The notes under the pieces are model-generated. The model worked only from the letters and a program-made list of their open reading frames with translations. It was not told the origin of the DNA and ran no database searches. This document shows, in pieces, positions 9,770 through 18,321 of a stretch of 64,000 bases of DNA. Every line of letters starts with the position of its first letter. The stretch's first letter is position 1. This DNA comes from an uncultured delta proteobacterium (lineage in GTDB: Bacteria > Myxococcota > Myxococcia > Myxococcales > Myxococcaceae), in assembly GCA_963713045.1 (NCBI GenBank), contig CAVQKE010000004.1, forward strand, positions 608,001 through 672,000. The letters are read 5' to 3'. Made by a program: the position numbers and the translations under genes.

Positions 9770-10561
9770 ATGGCGGAAGGACAGAACCCTCACTGGCGGA
9801 AAAATACCCGTGCCGGCGGAGGCGTGGGCCAGTCGGCTGACAGCAAGCTCCAGCCGCCGCTCGGAGGGCGACCGTCCCGAGGACGGTTGGGGCGCCTCGA
9901 GGTAGCGGCATGGCTCCTCGGCGTCGGCTTGCTGACTTTCGTGGGGGTGGTGAAGGTGGTCGGTAATTCCTCGAAGCAGCGGGAGGTGCGCCGGTTCGAG
10001 AGCGCACGCCAGGCAGAAATCTCGCCCGCCGCGCGTTCCTCCCTGAGCCTCGAAGCCCTGTCCGTCGACCAGTCACTGTGGGCGGAGGCGCGGACTCAGG
10101 CTTACGCGCGTGCGCTGAAGGAACCGGCACCGGCCGCTCTGGCCATCCTGCGGATTCCCCGCATCGGCCTGGAAGGACCCATCCTCCCCGGGACAGATGA
10201 GTGGACACTCGACCGGGGCCTCGGCTGGATTGAAGGCACCGCACGCCCCGGTGAGTCGGGCAACGTCGGCGTCGCTGGACACCGGGACGGCTTCTTCCGC
10301 GGCCTCAAGGACGCGAAGCCCGGAGATGCCATCGAGCTCACGACGCTCAGCGGTCAACAGGTCTATCGAATCGAGAGAATATTCCTCGTCTCGCCAGAGG
10401 ATGTGAGCGTTCTCTCGCCGAGCTTGGCCCCAACACTGACCCTAATCACATGCTTTCCCTTCTACTTCGTTGGCGCCGCGCCCCAGCGCTACGTGGTGCA
10501 GGCCGTTTTATCTTCACCGAAAGACGCCGCTCCGCGAGGCCCTGTAGCTTTCAAGGAGTAA
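9770..10561 (+). CDS. Class D sortase
   Basis: N-terminal TM; LRIPRIGL, GNVGVAGHRDGFF (His), TLTLITCFPF (TLxTC Cys), APQRYVV (Arg). Confidence 0.92.
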   Translation: MAEGQNPHWRKNTRAGGGVGQSADSKLQPPLGGRPSRGRLGRLEVAAWLLGVGLLTFVGVVKVVGNSSKQREVRRFESARQAEISPAARSSLSLEALSVDQSLWAEARTQAYARALKEPAPAALAILRIPRIGLEGPILPGTDEWTLDRGLGWIEGTARPGESGNVGVAGHRDGFFRGLKDAKPGDAIELTTLSGQQVYRIERIFLVSPEDVSVLSPSLAPTLTLITCFPFYFVGAAPQRYVVQAVLSSPKDAAPRGPVAFKE

Positions 10562-10592
10562 CAGCTCAACCGAATCACAGGAGGGAGTCGAC

Positions 10593-11333
10593 ATGACAAG
10601 GCAGGCCAAAACAATCGCAGCAATCGCCGGAGCACTGCTTCTGGCTGGCCCTGCGATGGCTCAGGGACAACCGTCCGGTACCACCACCACCGGGACCACC
10701 ACCACCACCACCACCACAACCGTGCAGAGCGGCGTCGTCGTCTATGCTGCGGGGGATACCCTCATCGTCAAAGAGGCCGACGGGGTAACCCGCGAGCACA
10801 CTGTTCCCGACGGCTTCCACTTCCAGATGGGAGGGAAAAGCGTCACTCTGGCCGACCTCAAGCCCGGCGACCACATCACGGCCGTCATCACGGATGTGAG
10901 GGAAGTGACACCAGTCACCGTGACGAAGGTGGTGAAGGGGAAAGTCATCGAGTCGTCCATGGACTCGATTCTGGTGCAAAACCCCAACGGCGAGCTGGTC
11001 AAGTACTCGAACAAGGACGCCCAAGGTCGAGACGTCACCATCATCCAGAATGGGAAGGAAGTTAAGGTGAGCGACTTGCATGCGGGTGAGCGGCTGACCG
11101 CGACCATCGTCACCAAGTACCCGCCGCAGGTGACGACGATGAGGAAGGTTGACGCGCACGTGACACCGGCCGCTCCGGCCGCAACACCCGCTCCAGCACC
11201 GGAAGCGGTGGCAGCCGCGCCCGCCCCGAAGCATCTTCCGAAGACGGCAAGTCCGCTGCCGTTGGTGGCTCTCACCGGTGGGGTGCTTGCGCTGCTCGGC
11301 GCCGGCCTCACGCTTCGCCGGCTGTCTCAGTAG
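10593..11333 (+). CDS. Sortase substrate with LPXTG-like (LPKTA) sorting signal
   Basis: Sec signal, poly-Thr linker, two repeated beta-rich modules, Pro/Ala linker, then LPKTAS + hydrophobic helix + RR tail; RBS GGAGGGAG. Confidence 0.88.
   Translation: MTRQAKTIAAIAGALLLAGPAMAQGQPSGTTTTGTTTTTTTTTVQSGVVVYAAGDTLIVKEADGVTREHTVPDGFHFQMGGKSVTLADLKPGDHITAVITDVREVTPVTVTKVVKGKVIESSMDSILVQNPNGELVKYSNKDAQGRDVTIIQNGKEVKVSDLHAGERLTATIVTKYPPQVTTMRKVDAHVTPAAPAATPAPAPEAVAAAPAPKHLPKTASPLPLVALTGGVLALLGAGLTLRRLSQ
10680..10722 (+). repeat. (ACC)n trinucleotide tract encoding a poly-Thr linker
   Basis: accaccaccaccgggaccaccaccaccaccaccaccacaacc. Confidence 0.85.
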
Positions 11334-11648
11334 CTCTCGTCCGTCGGCCGCGGTCCAGGAATGCAGCGCAAACTTGCCCGCCAGGTGAGGAGGGTGAGGC
11401 CTGGCCAGCGCCCGGCGGTTCGAGGGGCTTCAACGCTTTGGACCTTGGGCGAAAGGTTGGCTATCTCTGCTTGCTGCACGCCCTTCGTCCGCCTCGGCGC
11501 AGACAGGGGCCAAGCCCTAGCCCCGGGTCTCCTGCGCCGGGCAACCTTGACCTTTCGCGCCACCCTGGTGCCCAAATTGCTGAAGTTTCGCTTTTCGGCC
11601 TAGGGTTTCGCGTCTCATTCTTGAGCTTCACAGCCCAGGGAGTTCCCT

Positions 11649-12281
11649 TTGGACTACTCGACTCGCCGTTGCCTCGCTCTCGCAGCATTCGCGCTTCTCG
11701 CGCTCGCTCCTGCCGCGGCTCGCGCTGACGACGCGAAGAACTCCTACATTGTCGTCAAGGGAGGGCCTTACTTCCCAACGGCGAACAATGCCTTTGATAT
11801 TCCAGGCTCCGAAGTCTTCAACTGGGGAACGTCATATACGATTGAGGGCGGCATCGGCGTGGACTGGGGCCTGCTGGGGCTGCAGCTGAGCGCGGGCTAT
11901 ATCACCACCGGCAGCACCACCACTGCCGCAGGCCAGACCAGCGCCAACGCCGTCCCCATCCTGCTCCTGGTGAGACTCCGGCTGCCGATTTTCTTTGTCG
12001 CGCCCTACCTGGAGGGCGGCGCCGGAGCCTCCATCGCGACCTCGACCGTTACCGCCGTCGTCAACGGCCAGAGCGTCTCCAACACCGAGATTGCGTTTGA
12101 AGCGGTCGGAGGTGCTGGCTGCGACCTGAATTTCGGCCCGCTACTGGTAGGCGCGGAGGTGCGCTACATCTGGCTCGAGCCCCAATTCACTTTCACCGGA
12201 GTCAACAACATCACGAGCCTCGCTCAGAAGCTGAACATGAGCGGCATTACCCTCGAGGCCTACATCGGCTACCGTTTCTAG
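11649..12281 (+). CDS. Outer-membrane beta-barrel protein (small, OmpA/OmpW-like)
   Basis: Signal peptide, alternating amphipathic strands, PYLEGGAG, C-terminal YIGYRF. Confidence 0.8.
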   Translation: MDYSTRRCLALAAFALLALAPAAARADDAKNSYIVVKGGPYFPTANNAFDIPGSEVFNWGTSYTIEGGIGVDWGLLGLQLSAGYITTGSTTTAAGQTSANAVPILLLVRLRLPIFFVAPYLEGGAGASIATSTVTAVVNGQSVSNTEIAFEAVGGAGCDLNFGPLLVGAEVRYIWLEPQFTFTGVNNITSLAQKLNMSGITLEAYIGYRF

Positions 12282-12369
12282 TGGCCGGCGCGAGGTCGGG
12301 GGTGCGCCTCCGGTGCAACCGGAACCAAGCACCCGAAGTCACCGATGTCGTAACTTCGGGGGCTCAGCC

Positions 12370-12411
12370 TGTCGGGGACGGGATTTGAACCAGCGACCAC
12401 TTGCGCCCCAA
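12370..12411 (-). repeat. Degenerate direct repeat of the tRNA-Pro 3' half (att site)
   Basis: tgtcgggg--acgggatttgaaccagcgaccacttgcgccccaa versus tgtcggggcgacaggatttgaacctgcgaccacttgcaccccaa at 17736-17779. Confidence 0.85.
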
Positions 12412-12711
12412 TTGGTGGATGTCGCTCTGAAGGACAGCCATCGTATTTCATTTCAGATACTTACGAAGTGTGAGCAAGGTTTCCAAGCTCCTCCAAGACT
12501 CTCTACGAAGCAACCGGGATGCAACCGCAGGACACCGGCGGCAGCACGTGCGGTGACGTCCCCCAGGAGCCATGGACTCCGTGTTGCAACTGACTGCTCC
12601 CTCCATCGCGGGGTGGAGAGGTGCGCGACCCCGCCCATCCCGGTGTTGGCCCCGGGGTGCTCGTCACCCTCGACGCTCTGCCAAAGCCTCTACCGGTTCG
12701 AACGGAAAGCT

Positions 12712-13458
12712 TCAGCTTCCCGTGGTGCCTGGGGCGCCGCCATTGTGCTTTGCTTTGCTCGCCGCGCCCGCCAGGCGATGGACCAAGTCGGTGTCTCGCG
12801 CCAGGTCGCTGGCCTCCCCGGCATACACGACCCGACCGTCATCGAGCACATAGGCACGGTCGGAGATTGAGAGCGAGAGCGGGGCGTTCTGCTCGACGAG
12901 AAGCACCGAGACGCCCTCAGCGCGCATGCGACGCACGACCTGGATGACCTCCCGGACGATGAGTGGCGCCAGCCCCTGGGAGGGTTCATCAAGAAGCATC
13001 AGGCGCGGGTTGAGGAGCAGCGGACGCCCGATCGCTAGCATTTCCTGCTCGCCGCCGGACAACTGCCCGGCAAGCTGCATCCGCCGCACGGCGAGTTGCG
13101 GGAAAAGACCGAACACACGTTCGAGCGTCCACTGGCCCGGCTGACCTCGGGGGACCTTGAGGTTTTCGAGAACCGTGAGGCCAGCGAAAATCTTGCGCCC
13201 CTCAGGAACGTAGCCAGTTCCGAGTTGCGCAATACGATGTGCGGGCCAGTGGCTAGTCTGATGGCCTAGGATTTCGATGACTCCGGCCCGTGGCGGGGTG
13301 AGTCCGATGAGGCTGCGCATCAAGGTCGTCTTGCCGGCACCGTTGCGCCCAAGCACCGTGACGATTTCGCCTTCGTTCACCTGTAGGGAAACGCCGTGCA
13401 AGATATGGCTCTTCCCATAATAGGTATGGATGTTCTCGACCTTGAGAGCAACAGTCAC
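12712..13458 (-). CDS. livF: Branched-chain amino acid-type ABC transporter ATPase (LivF-like)
   Basis: GRNGAGKTT, GYVPEGRKIF, LSGGEQEMLAIGR, LLDEPSQGLAP, LLVEQN. Confidence 0.9.
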   Translation of the reverse strand: MTVALKVENIHTYYGKSHILHGVSLQVNEGEIVTVLGRNGAGKTTLMRSLIGLTPPRAGVIEILGHQTSHWPAHRIAQLGTGYVPEGRKIFAGLTVLENLKVPRGQPGQWTLERVFGLFPQLAVRRMQLAGQLSGGEQEMLAIGRPLLLNPRLMLLDEPSQGLAPLIVREVIQVVRRMRAEGVSVLLVEQNAPLSLSISDRAYVLDDGRVVYAGEASDLARDTDLVHRLAGAASKAKHNGGAPGTTGS

Positions 13459-14270
13459 CCGGCATCTCCCAGATAGGCAGCGCGAACCCGCTCGTTAGCC
13501 GAGATTTCTTCCGGCAGTCCCTCGGCGATCGTGCGGCCCTGGTCGAGCACTGTGATGCGTTGAGCAATCCCAAAGACAATATCCATATCGTGCTCAATGA
13601 AAAGGATGCTCAACCCGTATTCTGTGTGCAATCGCCGAACGAGTCCGACCATGTGTTCCGTTTCCGCATCGCTCATCCCTGCGGTCGGCTCGTCGAGCAG
13701 TAGAAGCCTCGGCCTCATGCAGAGAGCCAGCGCGATTTCAACCGAGCGCTGGTCGCCGTGCGCCAGTTCACCCACGACGCGGTTCGCCTTACGGGTGAGG
13801 TCCACTGCCTCCATTACCTCCGCGACTCGACGGTCGAGCGCTTCACGGGCGCTTCGTAGAAGCCATGGCCGCCGATTGACGCCGCTCGCCGCTTCGACGG
13901 CGACCCGGATGCTTTCGAACACACTCAGGTCGGGAAACACTTCGGTGATCTGAAAGGTCCTTACGATGCCGCGAGCGACGCGTCCGACCACGGTGCTATG
14001 GCTGATGTTCTCTCCGTCGAACCAGATCTCACCGGCGGTGGCGGGAAAAAATCCGCTGATGAGGTTGAAAAACGTGGTTTTGCCGGCGCCGTTCTGCCCG
14101 ATGACGGCCCGTAGCTCCCCCCGGGACATCCCAAACGACACATCATCGACCGCACGGAGCGCACCGAAGTGGCGGCTAACATGCTCGAGGCGCAGCAGTT
14201 CTGCGCTACGTGCCGTGGCACCCCCAGAGGTTGCGACGAGCGTCCCACGGTCGGTCGCGCCCCAGCTCAC
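13455..14270 (-). CDS. livG: Branched-chain amino acid-type ABC transporter ATPase (LivG-like)
   Basis: GQNGAGKTT, RTFQ, LAHGDQR, LLDEPTAG, IEHDM, VRAAYLG; GTG start overlapping the livM stop. Confidence 0.9.
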   Translation of the reverse strand: MSWGATDRGTLVATSGGATARSAELLRLEHVSRHFGALRAVDDVSFGMSRGELRAVIGQNGAGKTTFFNLISGFFPATAGEIWFDGENISHSTVVGRVARGIVRTFQITEVFPDLSVFESIRVAVEAASGVNRRPWLLRSAREALDRRVAEVMEAVDLTRKANRVVGELAHGDQRSVEIALALCMRPRLLLLDEPTAGMSDAETEHMVGLVRRLHTEYGLSILFIEHDMDIVFGIAQRITVLDQGRTIAEGLPEEISANERVRAAYLGDAG

Positions 14271-15229
14271 GCCGACCTCGTGCCGCGGGCGACCATGCCA
14301 AGTAGCCCTTTCGGGAAAAGGAGCACGATCCCGATGAAGATTAAGCCGATGAAAGTCATCCAATTGCCGGTAATGCTCGAGAGATAATCCTGCGCCACCA
14401 CGAAAATCGCCGTGCCGACAAGCGGCCCCCAAAAGTTTCGCATCCCGCCGAGCACGATCATCATCACGAAGTCGCCGGAGAGGATCCAGTGCAGGTCTTG
14501 GGGCGAGGTGAAGTTGAACAGCAGGGCGTTAAGCGTGCCCGCGAGCCCGGTAATCAGGCCGGCGACGGCGAATGAGGCCCACACGTAGAGATCCGTCCGA
14601 ACTCCAAGAAACTCCATCCGCCGCCGATTTTCGCGGATAGCGACCCAGGTATGGCCAAGGGGCGACTCGAGCACGGCGCGCATGGTGGCGACACCAACGG
14701 TGAAACAAAACAACACCAAGTAGTAGAAACGGCTCTGGTCGAGAGCTAAAACGAAGTGGCCGAAATGAAGAGGCTGCCGTTCGAAGCCGGCAAGCCCATC
14801 TTCGCCGCCGGTGACATTGTCCCAGCGTACCGCCAAGAAATAGAAGAGTTGGCCAATGGCGATGGTGATCATGGCGAAGTAGATGCCTCGCCGACGCATC
14901 ACGAGCGGCCCCAACATCGCGGCGGCGACTCCTCCTGCGACCGTGCCAACAATGATGGCGAGGGGCGTGCTTGGAGCGATGTATTTGAGCGTCATACCGG
15001 CGCCGTAGGCGCCGATGCCGAAGTAGGCTGCCTGCCCGAACGAGAGGCCTCCGGTGAAGCCGAAGATAATATTCAGACCCATGGTTGCCAGCCCATAGAT
15101 GAGAATTTTGGAGCCGAGTGCGGAGTAACTGCCAACCAAGCGGATCCACCAGGGCAGGGTCAGCAACCCCGCCCAAAGGAGGATGAGAATCCCGTAGCGC
15201 CGTATCCTCCGGGCGATCCGGAAATTCAT
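14267..15229 (-). CDS. livM: ABC permease (LivM-like)
   Basis: GFTGGLSFGQAAYFGIGAY, VTGGEDG, AIREN, VLGGMRNFWGP. Confidence 0.9.
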   Translation of the reverse strand: MNFRIARRIRRYGILILLWAGLLTLPWWIRLVGSYSALGSKILIYGLATMGLNIIFGFTGGLSFGQAAYFGIGAYGAGMTLKYIAPSTPLAIIVGTVAGGVAAAMLGPLVMRRRGIYFAMITIAIGQLFYFLAVRWDNVTGGEDGLAGFERQPLHFGHFVLALDQSRFYYLVLFCFTVGVATMRAVLESPLGHTWVAIRENRRRMEFLGVRTDLYVWASFAVAGLITGLAGTLNALLFNFTSPQDLHWILSGDFVMMIVLGGMRNFWGPLVGTAIFVVAQDYLSSITGNWMTFIGLIFIGIVLLFPKGLLGMVARGTRSA

Positions 15230-16095
15230 TCGAACAAACCCTCTTTGCCCATCAGCCCGCGAGGCCTGATCACCAGAACGACGAGCATCAGGAAATAGAT
15301 CACTGCTTCGCTGGCTGCGGGGTAGTACGTGGTTGTGATTCCTGCGGCCAGACCGATGAGCAATCCTCCCAGCACCGCTCCCCCCAGGCTGCCCACGCCG
15401 CCCACGATGACGGCGACGAAACTAGGCATGAGCAGGCTGTCGCCCATGGGTGGGGTCAGTCCAAGGATTCCCGCTGCCAGCGCGCCGGCAAGCCCCGCGA
15501 AAAAGCAGCCGATTCCGAAATTCAGAGCGCGCAGCCGGTAGATGTTGACCCCCAGCGCTGACACGCTTTCGATATCCCGCGTTCCGGCGCGAATGCGAAT
15601 GCCGACCAGGGTATACCGCAGGAGCAGATACAACCCGACGGTTACGGCGACGGTGATCGCGATGATGACCACGCGGTAGCCGGTGATGAAGAAGAGCGTC
15701 GAGCTCAGCGGCTGGTCCAGTGCTGGAGGGACGGCAGAGGGTAGCCCCTGGGCGCCCCAGATGGTCCGCGTGAGATCCTGGATGATGAGGGCCAATCCGA
15801 AGGTCAGCAGGAGGCTATAGAGCGGGTCGGCGCGTTTGTAGAGCCTGCGGATCAGCGTCTGTTCCACCGCGAGGCCGAGGACACCGGCGAGGAGCGGGCC
15901 AACGACCAGGGCTCCCCAGAAACCGAGGTAGGGAGTGAGGGTAAAGGCCAGGTAACCGCCGACGACTAGAAAACCTCCGTGCGCCATGTTGATCACCGAA
16001 TTGAGGCTCAGAATCAAAGCGAGGCCGAGGGCCATGAGCGCATAGAAGACGCCTTGAATCAGGCCGTTGAAGGCATTGAAAAACAGCAATTCCAT
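15226..16095 (-). CDS. livH: ABC permease (LivH-like)
   Basis: NGLIQGVFYALMALGLAL, INMAHG, GIRIRA, VGGVGSLGGAVLGG. Confidence 0.9.
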   Translation of the reverse strand: MELLFFNAFNGLIQGVFYALMALGLALILSLNSVINMAHGGFLVVGGYLAFTLTPYLGFWGALVVGPLLAGVLGLAVEQTLIRRLYKRADPLYSLLLTFGLALIIQDLTRTIWGAQGLPSAVPPALDQPLSSTLFFITGYRVVIIAITVAVTVGLYLLLRYTLVGIRIRAGTRDIESVSALGVNIYRLRALNFGIGCFFAGLAGALAAGILGLTPPMGDSLLMPSFVAVIVGGVGSLGGAVLGGLLIGLAAGITTTYYPAASEAVIYFLMLVVLVIRPRGLMGKEGLFE

Positions 16096-16250
16096 GAGGT
16101 TCCTTTCTCCTCAGCAGTGGGCTAGCTCCGCAGGGCGGCGGCACGAAGGAGCGCCGGTAGCACGCCGGACTCGGCGAGGACCGGCTGAGAACCAGGCGGT
16201 GTTTGGATATTCCGCGCGTCGCCGCGGCGTCTGTACCCGGGGTTGATTCC

Positions 16251-17498
16251 TCACGCCGGGTAGTCGAGCTTACAACCGGTCTCCGCTGCGGGCAGTGCAA
16301 CCTCGTCTCCGGCAATGATCTGCGAGACCTTGAAGACGTCCGGGTAGGCGCCATTCGGGATGGCCTCGCCCGGAAACTCGCTTGTCATCAGCTGATGATC
16401 GGCGGCCCGGAAATAGACGCGGTTGGGTTGCAGCTTCACCTCGGGCGGCAGTTCCAAGCCTTCGAGCGCATGCGCCACTTTGACCCCGTCGAGCGACTTT
16501 GCACGGGCGACGCCGAGGGCGAGCGAATGGAGTGCGGCGTAACCAAACCAGGTCCGCGCGCTCGGGTAAGAGCCGTCCGGAAACGCCTTTCGGTAGGATG
16601 CCACCCACTCCTTAACATGCGGGGTGTTCGCCTGGTCCCACCACCATTCCAGCGTCGCCCAGCCCGTTTTCGCCTCCGGCGGCAGCGCGCGCAGCACCTC
16701 GAGTTCGCTCAAGCCGCCACCGATGGCGAACTTCTTGAAAAGCCCGAACTGGGCAGCCTGCTTCAGCGAGTTAATTCGGTCCTGGCCGTCTGTGAGATTG
16801 ATGAGTACATCCGGATTCGTCGAGGCGGCCTTAATCAAGTAGGAGGAAAAGTCGGTTGTACCCAGTGGCGAAAGCGAGTTGCCGAGGTCGGTGCCGCCAA
16901 GCTTTTTGAGAATCGTCACATAAGAGTCGTGGAGGGTATGGCCGAAGGCATAATCCGGAGTGAGGAAGTACCATCTCCCTCCGAATTTCTTGTAGAGAGT
17001 GCCGGCCAGCCCGGCGGCCAGCATGTATGTGGTGGTGCAAATGCGGAACGTGTTCCAGTGGCACTGCGACCCGGTGACGGGGTCGGTATGCCCGCCCGAC
17101 ACCATGAAAATCATGCCTTGCTGGTGGGCCACCTGGCTGACGGAGAGCGACGCCGCCGATGAGACGGTACCGCTGAGAAACGAGACTTTGTCCTGGTCGA
17201 TGAGTTTGTGGGCCTTCTGTGCCGAAAGGCCCGCGTTACTGGCGTTGTCCTCGATGACAAGCTGAAGCTCGCGGCCCAGCAGGCCGCCTTTGGCATTGAC
17301 TTCAGCGACCGCCATCTTGGCCCCACGAGTTTGGCTCTCTCCCTCGGCGGCATAGTTCCCCGTCAGAGGATCGATATCGCCGATCTTGATTGGCTGCTCG
17401 CCGCGCCCGTAGGCGAGAATTGCCGGTGCTCCCAGGGCCAAAGCGCCGGCCCCGAGCCCTGCGTTGAGTACGTCCCGTCGACTGATTCTGGTGCCCAT
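16251..17498 (-). CDS. ABC substrate-binding protein (LivK/LivJ family) with Tat signal
   Basis: MGTRISRRDVL twin-arginine signal; IKIGDIDPLTGNYAAEG, PDYAFG, PLGTTDFSSYL, FRAADHQ. Confidence 0.9.
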   Translation of the reverse strand: MGTRISRRDVLNAGLGAGALALGAPAILAYGRGEQPIKIGDIDPLTGNYAAEGESQTRGAKMAVAEVNAKGGLLGRELQLVIEDNASNAGLSAQKAHKLIDQDKVSFLSGTVSSAASLSVSQVAHQQGMIFMVSGGHTDPVTGSQCHWNTFRICTTTYMLAAGLAGTLYKKFGGRWYFLTPDYAFGHTLHDSYVTILKKLGGTDLGNSLSPLGTTDFSSYLIKAASTNPDVLINLTDGQDRINSLKQAAQFGLFKKFAIGGGLSELEVLRALPPEAKTGWATLEWWWDQANTPHVKEWVASYRKAFPDGSYPSARTWFGYAALHSLALGVARAKSLDGVKVAHALEGLELPPEVKLQPNRVYFRAADHQLMTSEFPGEAIPNGAYPDVFKVSQIIAGDEVALPAAETGCKLDYPA

Positions 17499-17737
17499 CG
17501 TGCCGCCCTCCCATAGGTAGAGATGGTTCGGTCGAAAACACCCCGATCTAGACGCGCGTGGGGGTGCGAGTACACGTCCGAAAACACGACCGGTGGACCG
17601 AAGAACGGGTCGGCCGCCGGGCCGAGGGCCGAGGGCCGCCCGAGAGTTCAGCTCGGCTTCTGGCGAATGAAGCCCCGAGCTGCGAACCGGGAACGGACCG
17701 GAACTAACTTCCTGAGCAATTTCAGGTACTTCGTATG

Positions 17738-17811
17738 TCGGGGCGACAGGATTTGAACCTGCGACCACTTGCACCCCAAGCAAGTGCGCTACCAGGCTGC
17801 GCCACGCCCCG
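17738..17811 (-). tRNA. tRNA-Pro (GGG), CCA not encoded
   Basis: CGGGGCG-TG-GCGC-AGCCTGGTA-GCGC-A-CTTGC-TTGGGGT-GCAAG-TGGTC-GCAGG-TTCAAAT-CCTGT-CGCCCCG-A folds as a cloverleaf. Confidence 0.96.
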
Positions 17812-17885
17812 GAATCGGATTCGCAACTGTAGACCGTGAAAAAGGGCCCTCCCCTTACTGGCCGTTCTGCTTGAGGTCAAGGCGC

Positions 17886-18233
17886 TCAGACGTCCGACGT
17901 GTCGTCGTCTCCTTCGTCGTGGTCCGACGACGGAGCACCGGGAACCGGAGGGACGTAGCCACTGTTGAGGGCGCTCTTGAGCACCTGGCTCGGACGGAAG
18001 GTAAGCACTCGCCGCGCGGAGATTTCGATTTCCTTCCCGGTCTGCGGGTTACGCCCCACGCGCGCATTCTTCTGGCGGACCTGGAAGTTGCCGAATCCGG
18101 ACACTTTGATGCGGTCGCCTCGCTCGAGCGTCTCCTTGAGAGTGTCGAACACCAGCTCGACAATCTCCGCGGACTCTTTCTTGGAGAAGCCCACCCGCTC
18201 GTAGACCCCTTCGATGATGTCCGCCTTCGTCAT
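17886..18233 (-). CDS. ihfA: Integration host factor subunit alpha
   Basis: MTKADII..IKVSGFGNFQVRQKNARVGRNPQTGKEIEISARRVLTFRPSQVLK; follows pheT. Confidence 0.95.
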   Translation of the reverse strand: MTKADIIEGVYERVGFSKKESAEIVELVFDTLKETLERGDRIKVSGFGNFQVRQKNARVGRNPQTGKEIEISARRVLTFRPSQVLKSALNSGYVPPVPGAPSSDHDEGDDDTSDV

Positions 18234-18321
18234 GGTTCCCCACTGTGCCGAAAGGGGCCAGAAGCTGTCAACCCAGCGACCTCACTCACCTTTTGGGCGA
18301 GACACACCTACCCCCCGCACG

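Larger units (their letters stand above)
12370..17779. mobile_element. Integrase-less genomic island at tRNA-Pro carrying a liv-type ABC transporter
   Basis: Bounded by tRNA-Pro and a degenerate copy of its 3' end; cargo looks more AT-rich than the flanks; no integrase ORF found. Confidence 0.65.

Noticed and set aside
10489..10719. ORF starting MWWWWWWWSRWWW
   Set aside because: It is the reverse complement of the (ACC)n poly-Thr tract, not a gene.
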